From Flavobacteriales bacterium (GTDB lineage: Bacteria > Bacteroidota > Bacteroidia > Flavobacteriales > Schleiferiaceae): a DNA stretch of 64,000 nt. Every line of letters starts with the position of its first letter. Positions within the stretch are counted from its first letter, which is position 1. The notes beneath the pieces are model-generated. The model did no database searches. It had not been told where the DNA came from and worked only from the letters and a program-made list of their open reading frames with translations. The position numbers were made by a program, and so were the translations under genes. This document shows, one piece after another, positions 21,363-29,436 of the stretch. Location of the stretch: positions 2,095 to 66,094 of the forward strand of contig REDE01000127.1 in the NCBI GenBank assembly GCA_007693635.1, written 5' to 3'.

Positions 21363-23804
21363 GTGCAAACCAACCCCTACTTTGCCGACGTAATAGTTCC
21401 TCTGGCGCTGCAGGGCATGCTCACCTATTCGATACCCGAAACGCTCGAACTCAAGGAAGGAGACCTGGTTTTAGTTCCTCTGGGTCAAAGAAAGCAAATG
21501 ACCGCTTTGGTCTACCGCATTCACCAAAACCCACCTCCAAGCGGGAAAACAAAACCCATTATTCAAATCCAAGGACCGGGAATCGCCAATCCCCAAACCC
21601 TTAAATTTTGGAGCTGGATCTGGACGTATTATATGTGTAATCCGGGCGAAGTTATTTCCGCAGCCTTACCCGGAAGAATCAAACTTCATTCAGAGAGTCT
21701 GGCTGTCTTTTCGCCGCTCGCTAAAAAAAACTTTAGCGCATTAGAAAATACTGCGGAACAACAAATCATGGCCAGTTTGAGGGAAGCCGGACAAATGAAA
21801 CTCGCCGATATTCAAAAACGATTCCCTACAAATTTCAACCGCGTGATACGCAAGTTGATCGATAATGAATTCGTCATTTTAAAGGAATCCGTTCATGAAC
21901 CTGACCCGCAATTTTTCTATGAAGTTATCCAAGCCAAAGAAAATTGGGAGGAAGTCATGGATAAAATCCTTAGCGGAAAACGAGCTCCCAAGCAACAAGA
22001 AGCGGCGGTAAAGCTCTATGATCTTTTACAAAATACCCAGCAACCTCATCACCTAAAAGAAACCATGCGAAATCTTGGAATTTCGCGTACAATCATCAAA
22101 GAATTAGTCAAAAAGGGTCTGATAGAAATCCACGAAATAGAACGCGGCAGATTACTGGAAAACACCCAAACGGAGAATGTATATCCACTATCAGAAGCTC
22201 AGCAAAAGGCACTAAGCAGCATCCGAGAAGGCTTTAAAAATCAACGTGTGCAGTTTTTACATGGAGTAACCTCATCCGGAAAAACCGAAATTTACAGCCA
22301 CCTCATCAAAGAAACCATCAACCAGGGGAAACAGTGCTTGTTGCTTCTGCCCGAAATAGCGCTTACCACCCAACTGATCGGGCGTATACGTAAGTTTTTT
22401 GGAGAAAAAGTTGCCGTCTACCACTCCCGAGTCACCGAAAAAGAACGTTCCGATGTATGGGAATCGGTGCGACAAAACCTTGAAGGCGCCTCCATTGTGA
22501 TCGGCGCACGGTCGGCAATATTTTTACCTTTTCACGACTTAGGCCTAGTTATCGTGGACGAAGAACACGACGGCAGCTACAAGCAAACCGATCCTGCCCC
22601 CCGCTACCAAGGAAGAGATGCCGCCATTGTGCTGGCAAAGTTGTTTCAAGCAAATATCCTTTTGGGCTCAGCAACGCCTGCATTGGAAACATTTCACAAT
22701 TGTATAGAAAAAAGGTACGACTACATTCCACTTACAGAACGCTATCAACAAATCAAACTGCCCAACATCGAACTGGTTGATTTTGGATGGGAGCGAAAAA
22801 AGAAACTTGTTCGCGAAGATTTTTCCTTGTATTTGTTGGAGGGAATAAAACAAGAACTTGAAAAAAAGAGACAAGTCATCATTTTCCACAATCGCCGAGG
22901 ATACGCGCCCATTACCCAATGTCGCGACTGCGGTGAAACACCCATGTGCATCAACTGTGACATTTCGCTAACCTACCACAAGCATAGCCATAGCATGCGC
23001 TGCCATCTTTGCGGTTACCGTGAGCAAGTAGAAGGCGCCTGTACAAAATGTGGGAGCATGGATTTACAAATGAGGGGTGCGGGAACGGAAAAAATCGTCG
23101 ACCAATTGCAGGAGTTTTTTCCAGATGTAAGCATAGATCGACTCGACTGGGATAGCACGCGAAAGAAAGACTCCTTTGAACAAGTTATTGAGCGCTTTGA
23201 ACTCGGAGAAACCGATATTCTTGTGGGAACGCAGATGGTTACCAAAGGACTCGACTTCAAGCACGTTGGACTCGTAGGCATTATCCATGCCGACCTAATG
23301 ATGAATATCCCGGAAATCCGCGCCACGGAAAGGACCTATCAACTCAGTATGCAAGTCGCGGGAAGGGCCGGCAGATTTGGTGAACAAGGAAAAGTCATTA
23401 TCCAAACTTACCAACCCGACAGCGCCGTTATACAGGCGGTAGCTTCCGGTAGACAAAAATCATTTTATCAGTCGGAATTAGCCGAGAGAAAAGACTTTTC
23501 CTATCCGCCGTATTCCAAAATGATTCGTGTTTGTATGCGCCATCGCGATTGGAATGTTTTACAACACACCGCAAATAGCTTTCGACCCGTGCTAGAACAC
23601 GAACCTTATTTATCGATGTTAGGCCCTGAACCGCCCCTTATATCGCGGGCCAAGAATCAGTACCGCATGGACATTCTCATCAAACTGAATAAAGACAGCA
23701 ATTATCCCAAACTCAAAAAGCGACTGCAAATATTAACGCAGCATTTTTTCGCCCAAAAACCTCACAACCAAGTTCGGATATATTTCGATGTAGATCCGAT
23801 GTAG
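21363..23804 (+). CDS. priA: Primosomal protein N' (replication restart helicase PriA)
   Basis: 813 aa with a GTG start. It has Walker A GVTSSGKTE, DEEH, and a Cys-rich zinc-binding insert CRDCGETPMCINCDISLTYH...CHLCGY...CTKCGS. Confidence 0.93.
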   Translation: MQTNPYFADVIVPLALQGMLTYSIPETLELKEGDLVLVPLGQRKQMTALVYRIHQNPPPSGKTKPIIQIQGPGIANPQTLKFWSWIWTYYMCNPGEVISAALPGRIKLHSESLAVFSPLAKKNFSALENTAEQQIMASLREAGQMKLADIQKRFPTNFNRVIRKLIDNEFVILKESVHEPDPQFFYEVIQAKENWEEVMDKILSGKRAPKQQEAAVKLYDLLQNTQQPHHLKETMRNLGISRTIIKELVKKGLIEIHEIERGRLLENTQTENVYPLSEAQQKALSSIREGFKNQRVQFLHGVTSSGKTEIYSHLIKETINQGKQCLLLLPEIALTTQLIGRIRKFFGEKVAVYHSRVTEKERSDVWESVRQNLEGASIVIGARSAIFLPFHDLGLVIVDEEHDGSYKQTDPAPRYQGRDAAIVLAKLFQANILLGSATPALETFHNCIEKRYDYIPLTERYQQIKLPNIELVDFGWERKKKLVREDFSLYLLEGIKQELEKKRQVIIFHNRRGYAPITQCRDCGETPMCINCDISLTYHKHSHSMRCHLCGYREQVEGACTKCGSMDLQMRGAGTEKIVDQLQEFFPDVSIDRLDWDSTRKKDSFEQVIERFELGETDILVGTQMVTKGLDFKHVGLVGIIHADLMMNIPEIRATERTYQLSMQVAGRAGRFGEQGKVIIQTYQPDSAVIQAVASGRQKSFYQSELAERKDFSYPPYSKMIRVCMRHRDWNVLQHTANSFRPVLEHEPYLSMLGPEPPLISRAKNQYRMDILIKLNKDSNYPKLKKRLQILTQHFFAQKPHNQVRIYFDVDPM

Positions 23805-23806
23805 AT

Positions 23807-25756
23807 TTATTCAATCCCTAGTTTGGATGCTTTGAGTCTAAGACTATTGGTTACAACCGACACAGAGCTCGCGGCCATTGCTGCACCGGCAATCATTGGA
23901 CTCAGCATAAAGCCCCAATACGGAAACAACAAACCAGCGGCAATGGGAATTCCCACGATATTATAGATAAATGCCCAAAACAGATTTTGGCGCAATCCTT
24001 TAACCGTAAATTTCGAGAGTTTTATGGCGGCCAGCACCGACTTAAGGTTCGATTTCATAAGCGTTAAATCGGCAACATCCATAGCGATATCCGTTCCGGA
24101 ACTCATGGCCATACTCACATTAGCTTTTGCCATGGCCTCAGCGTCGTTTATACCATCGCCTACCATCGCCACCATATAGCCTCGCTCCTGGCATTTCAAA
24201 ATATAGTCTGCTTTTTCCGAGGGCAGCACTCCAGAAATTACCGTTTCGATACCAACACTACGGGCTACTGCATTTGCGGTAAGCTGATGATCACCCGTCA
24301 ACATATGCACCTCGATGCCCATCGCCTGCAAACGAGAAATTGCTTTTGCTGAATCCTCACGCACCTTGTCACCCAAAGCCAATATTCCCAACTGCTGCTT
24401 TTCCGAAAAATAATACACCACGGTGTAGCCTTCATTCGCCCAATTGAGCGACTGTGCCTTTTGCTCTTCCGAAAGTGAAATTCCGTAGTCCCGCAACAAA
24501 GCTTCATTACCCACTCCAAAAAGAACACCCTCATGATGAGCTACCGCACCTTTGCCGGTAATCGATTGAAAGGAATTGATTTCAATCTCATTCTCCCTAT
24601 CCAAAAACAGGACAATTGCTGCGGCCAATGGATGCTCAGACTGCTTTTCCAAAGCTTTGAGAGGCGCACAGTCGGCATTTGCAGAGAATTGCGAACCAAC
24701 CACCTGCGGACGACCTTCCGTAATGGTACCCGTCTTATCCAAAACAACCAGATTAACCTTTGCGGCATTCTGCAAACCCCGTGCATCGCGAACAAGTACG
24801 CCATTTTCAGCACCCTTACCTATTCCAACCATAATTGCGGTAGGTGTTGCAAGACCAAGTGCGCAAGGACAAGCAATTACCAGTACCGATATTGCGGCAA
24901 CTATTCCCTTAGAAAAATATTCAGGACCTCCAAAAACCCACCATATAACCAGTGTGAAAATAGCCACCAACAAGACTGCGGGAACAAAATACGTCGATAT
25001 ACGATCTACGGTATGCTGGATGGGTGCTTTGGAAGATTGTGCTTTGCTTACCGTATCTACAATTTGCGACAACAAGGTAGAGGAGCCATCCTTGGTCACC
25101 TCCAAAACAAAACTTCCTGTTTGGTTGATTGTCCCGGCAAAAACTGTATCACCTTGTTCCTTAACCACCGGCAGCGACTCACCGGTAATTGCACTTTCGT
25201 CAATCCATGTTTTGCCTTCCCGGACATTTCCATCTAAGGGAATGCGTTCGCCCGGCTTAACACGAAGAAACATTCCCGGGTAGACTTCCGCGATTGAGAC
25301 CTCGCGATTGTCGTCTGCCAGCGTAGCCGTTGATGGCTGAAGTCCGATAAGTTTTTCTATCGCCTCACCAGACTGTCTCGTTGCTCTAAATTCCAAAAAT
25401 TTTCCTAGAGAAATAAACGCTATAATTACGGCTGCTGCCTCAAAGTAGATGTGCGGGTCAAGGTCGTAACGAACAAACAACGAGGGAACAAACATCGATA
25501 GTGAAGAATAGACAAATGCTACACCGGTACTTAATGACACCAGCGTATCCATATTTGCCTCACGAATTTTCAGGCGCAGCCAGGCGCGCACAAAAAAGTG
25601 TCGCCCCAAATAAAACATGACCCAAGCCGTTAGCAGAAATGAAACCCACAACCGCCAATCGATAGGAGTACCCGGAAGGCGCTGAGGCATCCAGAACATC
25701 CCAATTACAAAAACCGGAAATGCACCCAGCAGGGCTGCTATTGTCCGATTCCGCAA
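23807..25756 (-). CDS. copA: Copper-translocating P1B-type ATPase, membrane/catalytic body without its N-terminal metal-binding domain (see the A10 tract)
   Basis: It contains CPC (IACPCALGLATP), the phosphorylation site DKTGTIT, HP (SEHPLA), and GDGINDA. The ORF track start is TTG 25756. There is no ATG until inside the first TM helix. The frame stays open upstream through the A10 run to the TGA at 25792..25790. Confidence 0.85.
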   Translation of the reverse strand: MRNRTIAALLGAFPVFVIGMFWMPQRLPGTPIDWRLWVSFLLTAWVMFYLGRHFFVRAWLRLKIREANMDTLVSLSTGVAFVYSSLSMFVPSLFVRYDLDPHIYFEAAAVIIAFISLGKFLEFRATRQSGEAIEKLIGLQPSTATLADDNREVSIAEVYPGMFLRVKPGERIPLDGNVREGKTWIDESAITGESLPVVKEQGDTVFAGTINQTGSFVLEVTKDGSSTLLSQIVDTVSKAQSSKAPIQHTVDRISTYFVPAVLLVAIFTLVIWWVFGGPEYFSKGIVAAISVLVIACPCALGLATPTAIMVGIGKGAENGVLVRDARGLQNAAKVNLVVLDKTGTITEGRPQVVGSQFSANADCAPLKALEKQSEHPLAAAIVLFLDRENEIEINSFQSITGKGAVAHHEGVLFGVGNEALLRDYGISLSEEQKAQSLNWANEGYTVVYYFSEKQQLGILALGDKVREDSAKAISRLQAMGIEVHMLTGDHQLTANAVARSVGIETVISGVLPSEKADYILKCQERGYMVAMVGDGINDAEAMAKANVSMAMSSGTDIAMDVADLTLMKSNLKSVLAAIKLSKFTVKGLRQNLFWAFIYNIVGIPIAAGLLFPYWGFMLSPMIAGAAMAASSVSVVTNSLRLKASKLGIE

Positions 25757-25773
25757 ACGAAGGTAAGTGCTAT

Positions 25774-26010
25774 CTAAAGATTTTTTTTTTCAGCCAATGA
25801 ATCCGTATCCAAATCAAAGCCGAGTTTACGGATTTTTTCTCGCCAATTTTCCACCGGAGCTTCCCCCTCTACCCATTCAATAGTTGCCGTTTGATTGGCA
25901 AAATTCACACGCGCATCCTCAACGCCTGGGGTATCTTTCAGTGTATTTTCAATTGACATTGCGCAAGAGGCGCAGCTCATTCCCTTAACTGGTATATGTA
26001 TTGTTGGCAT
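25774..26010 (-). CDS. copZ: Heavy-metal-associated (HMA) domain protein, CopZ-like, or a detached N-terminal domain of CopA
   Basis: 78 aa with the metal-binding motif GMSCASCAMSIE. It terminates 3 codons after the A10 tract. Confidence 0.8.
   Translation of the reverse strand: MPTIHIPVKGMSCASCAMSIENTLKDTPGVEDARVNFANQTATIEWVEGEAPVENWREKIRKLGFDLDTDSLAEKKNL
25781..25790 (-). other. A10 homopolymer at the junction of the HMA ORF and the ATPase frame (slippery or error-prone site)
   Basis: The plus strand is T10 at 25781..25790, bounded by a (25780) and c (25791). The minus strand reads GCT GAA AAA AAA AAT CTT TAG in the HMA frame. Confidence 0.9.
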
Positions 26011-26089
26011 TTTTCTGTTTTTTATTCCGATCTACAAAATGATGTTAAAATCGTCTTGATGTATTTCAACTCATCGCTAAATCATGCCA

Positions 26090-26097
26090 CAAAGGTA
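26090..26097 (-). promoter_or_regulatory. -7 promoter box TAccTTTG for copZ/copA
   Basis: The minus strand reads GGGACTACCTTTGTGG, about 80 nt upstream of the ATG at 26010. Confidence 0.45.
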
Positions 26098-26234
26098 GTC
26101 CCTAATGGAAGCACAAAAAGTTTGATAGATTGGATTTTGTGTTTGACTATACATCAATCATCCAGATTCAAAAACAATATTTCGTCTTTGATTCAACAGC
26201 ATAAAATTCTCACTCACACTCCAAAAGAATGTCC

Positions 26235-26242
26235 GATATTTG
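26235..26242 (+). promoter_or_regulatory. -7-like promoter box GAtaTTTG (extended ATATTTGCAGCCCCAAA) for rimO
   Basis: One mismatch to TAnnTTTG. A 17-nt stretch is identical to the rpmE promoter at 27668..27684. Confidence 0.45.
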
Positions 26243-26247
26243 CAGCC

Positions 26248-26292
26248 CCAAACAACCAATCGAATTTACGAGAAGTGATATAGGTTGTTTGG
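26248..26292 (+). promoter_or_regulatory. rimO 5'-leader hairpin
   Basis: The perfect 10-bp stem is ccaaacaacc (26248..26257) / ggttgtttgg (26283..26292) with a 25-nt loop. It starts a few nt after the predicted transcription start and ends 26 nt before the GTG start. Confidence 0.45.
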
Positions 26293-26318
26293 CTTTGTAA
26301 AAATCAAAAAACAAACGC

Positions 26319-27629
26319 GTGCGCACGAAATCAACCCGCAAGAACAAGATAAATATTGTAACCCTCGGTTGCAGTAAAAACGCTTATGACAGTGAAGTAT
26401 TAAGCGGTCAGCTGCAGGCTGCCGGAAAAGATGTTGTTCACGAAGAGCAAGAAGGAAAAGCCAACATTATTGTTGTTAATACGTGTGGATTTATCGATAA
26501 CGCCAAGGAAGAATCTGTAAATACCATACTTCACTTCGCCAACGAAAAAGCGGAGGGGCGCATCGACGAACTCTTCGTTACGGGATGTTTGTCAGAAAGA
26601 TACAAGCCAGATTTAGAACGTGAGATCCCGGAAGTAGATCAGTATTTTGGAACGCGTGACCTACCATTATTACTCAAAGCATTAGGGGCTGATTACAAGC
26701 ACGAGCTCGTTGGTGAGCGCTTGCTTACCACCCCTAGACACTATGCGTATTTGAAGATTGCCGAAGGTTGTGACCGGCCATGTGCATTTTGTGCAATCCC
26801 CCTCATGCGTGGAGGACACAAATCAAAACCCATTGAAGAGTTGGTAACCGAGGCGGGGAAATTGGCGGCCAAAGGCGTAAAGGAACTCATTCTCATTGCG
26901 CAAGATCTAACCTATTACGGTTTGGACCTCTACAAAAAAAGAGAGCTCGCCAAACTATTAAAAGAACTGGTAAAAGTAGAAGACATCGAATGGATTCGTC
27001 TGCATTACCTATTCCCCACCGGCTTTCCCGAGGATGTTCTTGACGTCATACGCGAAGAACCTAAGGTTTGCAACTACATCGATATTCCACTGCAGCACAT
27101 TGCCGACCCTGTATTGAAAAGAATGCGTCGGGGAACAACCATGGAGAAGACCAACCGACTTATCGAGGAAATGCGCAAAAAGGTTCCGGGAATCGTAATC
27201 CGCACCACGCTGATTGCCGGGTTCCCTGGCGAAACCGAAGAGGATTTCCAGACAATGTTGCAATGGGTAAAAGACAGTAAATTCAACCGCTTGGGTTGTT
27301 TTACCTATTCGCATGAAGAAAACACCCATGCCTTCAATTACGAAGACGATGTTCCCCAGGACGTAAAAAAAGATCGCGTTGATCTCATCATGGAAGCCCA
27401 ACAAGATATTTCACGAGAGTTAAATCAGAAAATGATAGGCAATACCTACCGCGTTATCATCGACAGAAAAGAAGGAGATCGCTACGTAGCACGAACCGAA
27501 TTTGACTCGCCCGATGTAGACAACGAAGTACTTATTGACGCTCGCGAAACCTACTTGAGTCCCGGCACATTCGTCAATGTAAAAATCACATCTGCCGAAG
27601 ATTACGACCTCTTTGCAGAAGTTATTTGA
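26319..27629 (+). CDS. rimO: Ribosomal protein S12 methylthiotransferase
   Basis: 436 aa with a GTG start. It has the UPF0004 Cys triad (LGCSKN, NTCGF, TGC), the radical-SAM motif CDRPCAFC, and a C-terminal TRAM domain. Confidence 0.92.
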   Translation: MRTKSTRKNKINIVTLGCSKNAYDSEVLSGQLQAAGKDVVHEEQEGKANIIVVNTCGFIDNAKEESVNTILHFANEKAEGRIDELFVTGCLSERYKPDLEREIPEVDQYFGTRDLPLLLKALGADYKHELVGERLLTTPRHYAYLKIAEGCDRPCAFCAIPLMRGGHKSKPIEELVTEAGKLAAKGVKELILIAQDLTYYGLDLYKKRELAKLLKELVKVEDIEWIRLHYLFPTGFPEDVLDVIREEPKVCNYIDIPLQHIADPVLKRMRRGTTMEKTNRLIEEMRKKVPGIVIRTTLIAGFPGETEEDFQTMLQWVKDSKFNRLGCFTYSHEENTHAFNYEDDVPQDVKKDRVDLIMEAQQDISRELNQKMIGNTYRVIIDRKEGDRYVARTEFDSPDVDNEVLIDARETYLSPGTFVNVKITSAEDYDLFAEVI

Positions 27630-27666
27630 TTTTGAAAAAAAATATTGCCACAAAAAACATTCAGTG

Positions 27667-27674
27667 TATATTTG
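27667..27674 (+). promoter_or_regulatory. -7 promoter box TAtaTTTG (extended TATATTTGCAGCCCCAAA) for rpmE
   Basis: Perfect TAnnTTTG match about 150 nt upstream of the ATG at 27825. Confidence 0.5.
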
Positions 27675-27824
27675 CAGCCCCAAAATCACAGACAATGAAT
27701 TTGTTTTGTGGTCAAGAGAAAACGAACCAAATGTTCTATCTGCATTTTAAAGATAGCACCCAATAAACCTCAGCCGGAAGAGAAAGAAGCTCTGAAAGGT
27801 ACAGAATTTTAAACTTGCACTAAA

Positions 27825-28079
27825 ATGAAAAAAGACATTCACCCAGAAAACTATCGCCCCGTAGCATTTAAAGATATGGGTACCGGTGACGTCATCATTT
27901 CCCGCTCATGTGCTGACACCAAAGACACGCTGGAAGTTGACGGAGTTGAATATCCCCTTGTAAAAATGGAGATTTCATCTTTCTCACATCCGTTTTACAC
28001 CGGTAAAATGAAATTGGTTGACACTACAGGACGTGTTGACAAATTCCGCAATCGTTACCAGAAGTTCCAAAAGAACTAG
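27825..28079 (+). CDS. rpmE: 50S ribosomal protein L31, type B (no CxxC zinc ribbon)
   Basis: 84 aa: [13 protein letters not shown]...[11 protein letters not shown]...[10 protein letters not shown]. The paired CxxC motifs of type A are absent. Confidence 0.93.
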   Translation: MKKDIHPENYRPVAFKDMGTGDVIISRSCADTKDTLEVDGVEYPLVKMEISSFSHPFYTGKMKLVDTTGRVDKFRNRYQKFQKN

Positions 28080-28101
28080 CTTTCGATTCTTGAAAAAATC
28101 G

Positions 28102-28132
28102 CCGCAATTCGTAAGGATTGCGGTTTTTTTTT
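28102..28132 (+). terminator. Rho-independent terminator after rpmE
   Basis: The stem ccgcaat / attgcgg has an 8-nt loop and is followed by T9. Confidence 0.85.
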
Positions 28133-28173
28133 GCCCAATTTTACTCTAACTTCGCAGCATAAACTTCAGCATT

Positions 28174-29322
28174 ATGGTCATCCTTTTCATCGACGGTCCA
28201 GAAACCCAAGAACTTCAGCCTTTAACACTCACTCGTCCTACAGGAGAAATTCGCTGTGGAATTCGCACACTGAGCGAAAAGTGGCTCGACAGACTTCCGG
28301 AAGAATCCATTTATGGATACCAAACCCGCGATTACCTTCAAGAAAAATATCCCGAACCCATCGATACCCCGAACATCATCATCAACCCTGCATTTATGCC
28401 AAATGATGAGCTGGTGGAAAAAATCAACGCGCTGGAAGAAAACCAAGGCTTAGCAATTGACGGAAATCTTGTTGCCTATAAAGGCGCATCGGTTCCCGAA
28501 AATCCGGAGCTAACGGAATTTGAGGGTGATTTCATGCATATTGCCTACCCTTGGGATATTTTCCGTCTAAATGGCGCAGCACTAGAAGCCGATTTTGAGA
28601 TCCTTACCAAAGACCGGGTTAGTCAACCCCTCTCTGACACCAACACCATCATCGGCGATAGAATTTTTGTGGAAGAAGGCGCCAAGGCAGAGTGTGCCGT
28701 CTTCAACACAACTAGCGGCCCCATCTACCTCGACAAAGATTCCGAAGTCATGGAAGGCAGTGTAATCCGCGGCGGTTTTTATCTGGGCGTCCGCTCAAGT
28801 CTGAAGTTAGGCGCCAAAATCTATGGCCCAACCACAATTGGCCCTGATTCAAAAGTGGGCGGCGAGGTAAACAACTCCGTGATCTTCGGACTCACCAACA
28901 AGGGCCACGACGGATTTTTAGGTAATGCCGTATTAGGAGAATGGTGCAACATCGGAGCGGATAGCAACAACTCAAATCTGAAAAACAACTACGATGAGGT
29001 TCGAATTTGGTCGATGCACCAGAAAAAATTCATCCCTACAGGACTACAGTTTTGCGGACTCATCATGGGCGATCATTCCAAATGCGGCATCAATACGATG
29101 TTTAATACGGGTACCGTAGTCGGTGTTAGTGCGAATATCTTTGGCGCAGGATTTCCTCGAAATTATCTACCTTCATTTAGCTGGGGAGGCGCAAGCGGTC
29201 TGACTACTTACAAGCTAGAAAAAGCGCTAGAAACCGCAGAACGGGTTATGGAACGCAGAAACGTTGAACTCGATGACACAGAGAAAAACATTCTCCAGTG
29301 GATCTTCGATCATCGTGAATAA
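28174..29322 (+). CDS. GlmU-like putative sugar nucleotidyltransferase with a left-handed beta-helix (hexapeptide) C-terminal domain
   Basis: 382 aa. The N-terminus is a degenerate nucleotidyltransferase fold (LQPLTLTRPTGEIRCG). The C-terminal half has hexapeptide-repeat periodicity (IGPDSKVGGEVNNSVI..GNAVLGEWCNIGADSN). Confidence 0.6.
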   Translation: MVILFIDGPETQELQPLTLTRPTGEIRCGIRTLSEKWLDRLPEESIYGYQTRDYLQEKYPEPIDTPNIIINPAFMPNDELVEKINALEENQGLAIDGNLVAYKGASVPENPELTEFEGDFMHIAYPWDIFRLNGAALEADFEILTKDRVSQPLSDTNTIIGDRIFVEEGAKAECAVFNTTSGPIYLDKDSEVMEGSVIRGGFYLGVRSSLKLGAKIYGPTTIGPDSKVGGEVNNSVIFGLTNKGHDGFLGNAVLGEWCNIGADSNNSNLKNNYDEVRIWSMHQKKFIPTGLQFCGLIMGDHSKCGINTMFNTGTVVGVSANIFGAGFPRNYLPSFSWGGASGLTTYKLEKALETAERVMERRNVELDDTEKNILQWIFDHRE

Positions 29323-29387
29323 GTCAATTTGGCATACCTGACAAAGAGGTGGTTTGTATTCCACCTACATCGTCAGAAATAAGGTCG

Positions 29388-29403
29388 TGGCACGACCATT
29401 GCC
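29388..29403 (+). promoter_or_regulatory. Sigma54-type -24/-12 element TGGCACGaccaTTGCc upstream of lon, embedded in the palindrome GGTCGTG-G-CACGACC
   Basis: It matches the consensus TGGCACG-N4-TTGCW at every core position except the final W. The GC of the -12 element is 34 nt upstream of the lon ATG. Confidence 0.4.
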
Positions 29404-29436
29404 ACTTGAAGATACCCATTTTTATACTACAGAATA

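Noticed and set aside
23805-23806. Convergent gene pairs with 2-3-nt gaps or overlaps and no terminator: priA/copA, the S8 gene and the 1105-aa gene at 51289..51291, tpiA/sulfotransferase, START-like/cdaA, and rluD/hydrolase.
   Set aside because: This is real but a general compaction feature of the genome rather than a specific signal. There is no evidence here for antisense regulation.
24533-25283. Two long plus-strand ORFs (234 and 235 aa) inside the copA region.
   Set aside because: They are antisense shadow ORFs of a gene with unmistakable P-type ATPase motifs on the minus strand. Their composition is low-complexity and Cys/Arg-rich, and they have no promoter or recognisable domain.
25996-26283. 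A 95-aa ORF filling the copZ-rimO intergenic region.
   Set aside because: It overlaps the copZ start and spans the two divergent promoter boxes. It has no signal, domain or plausible start context. The region is better explained as a divergent regulatory region.
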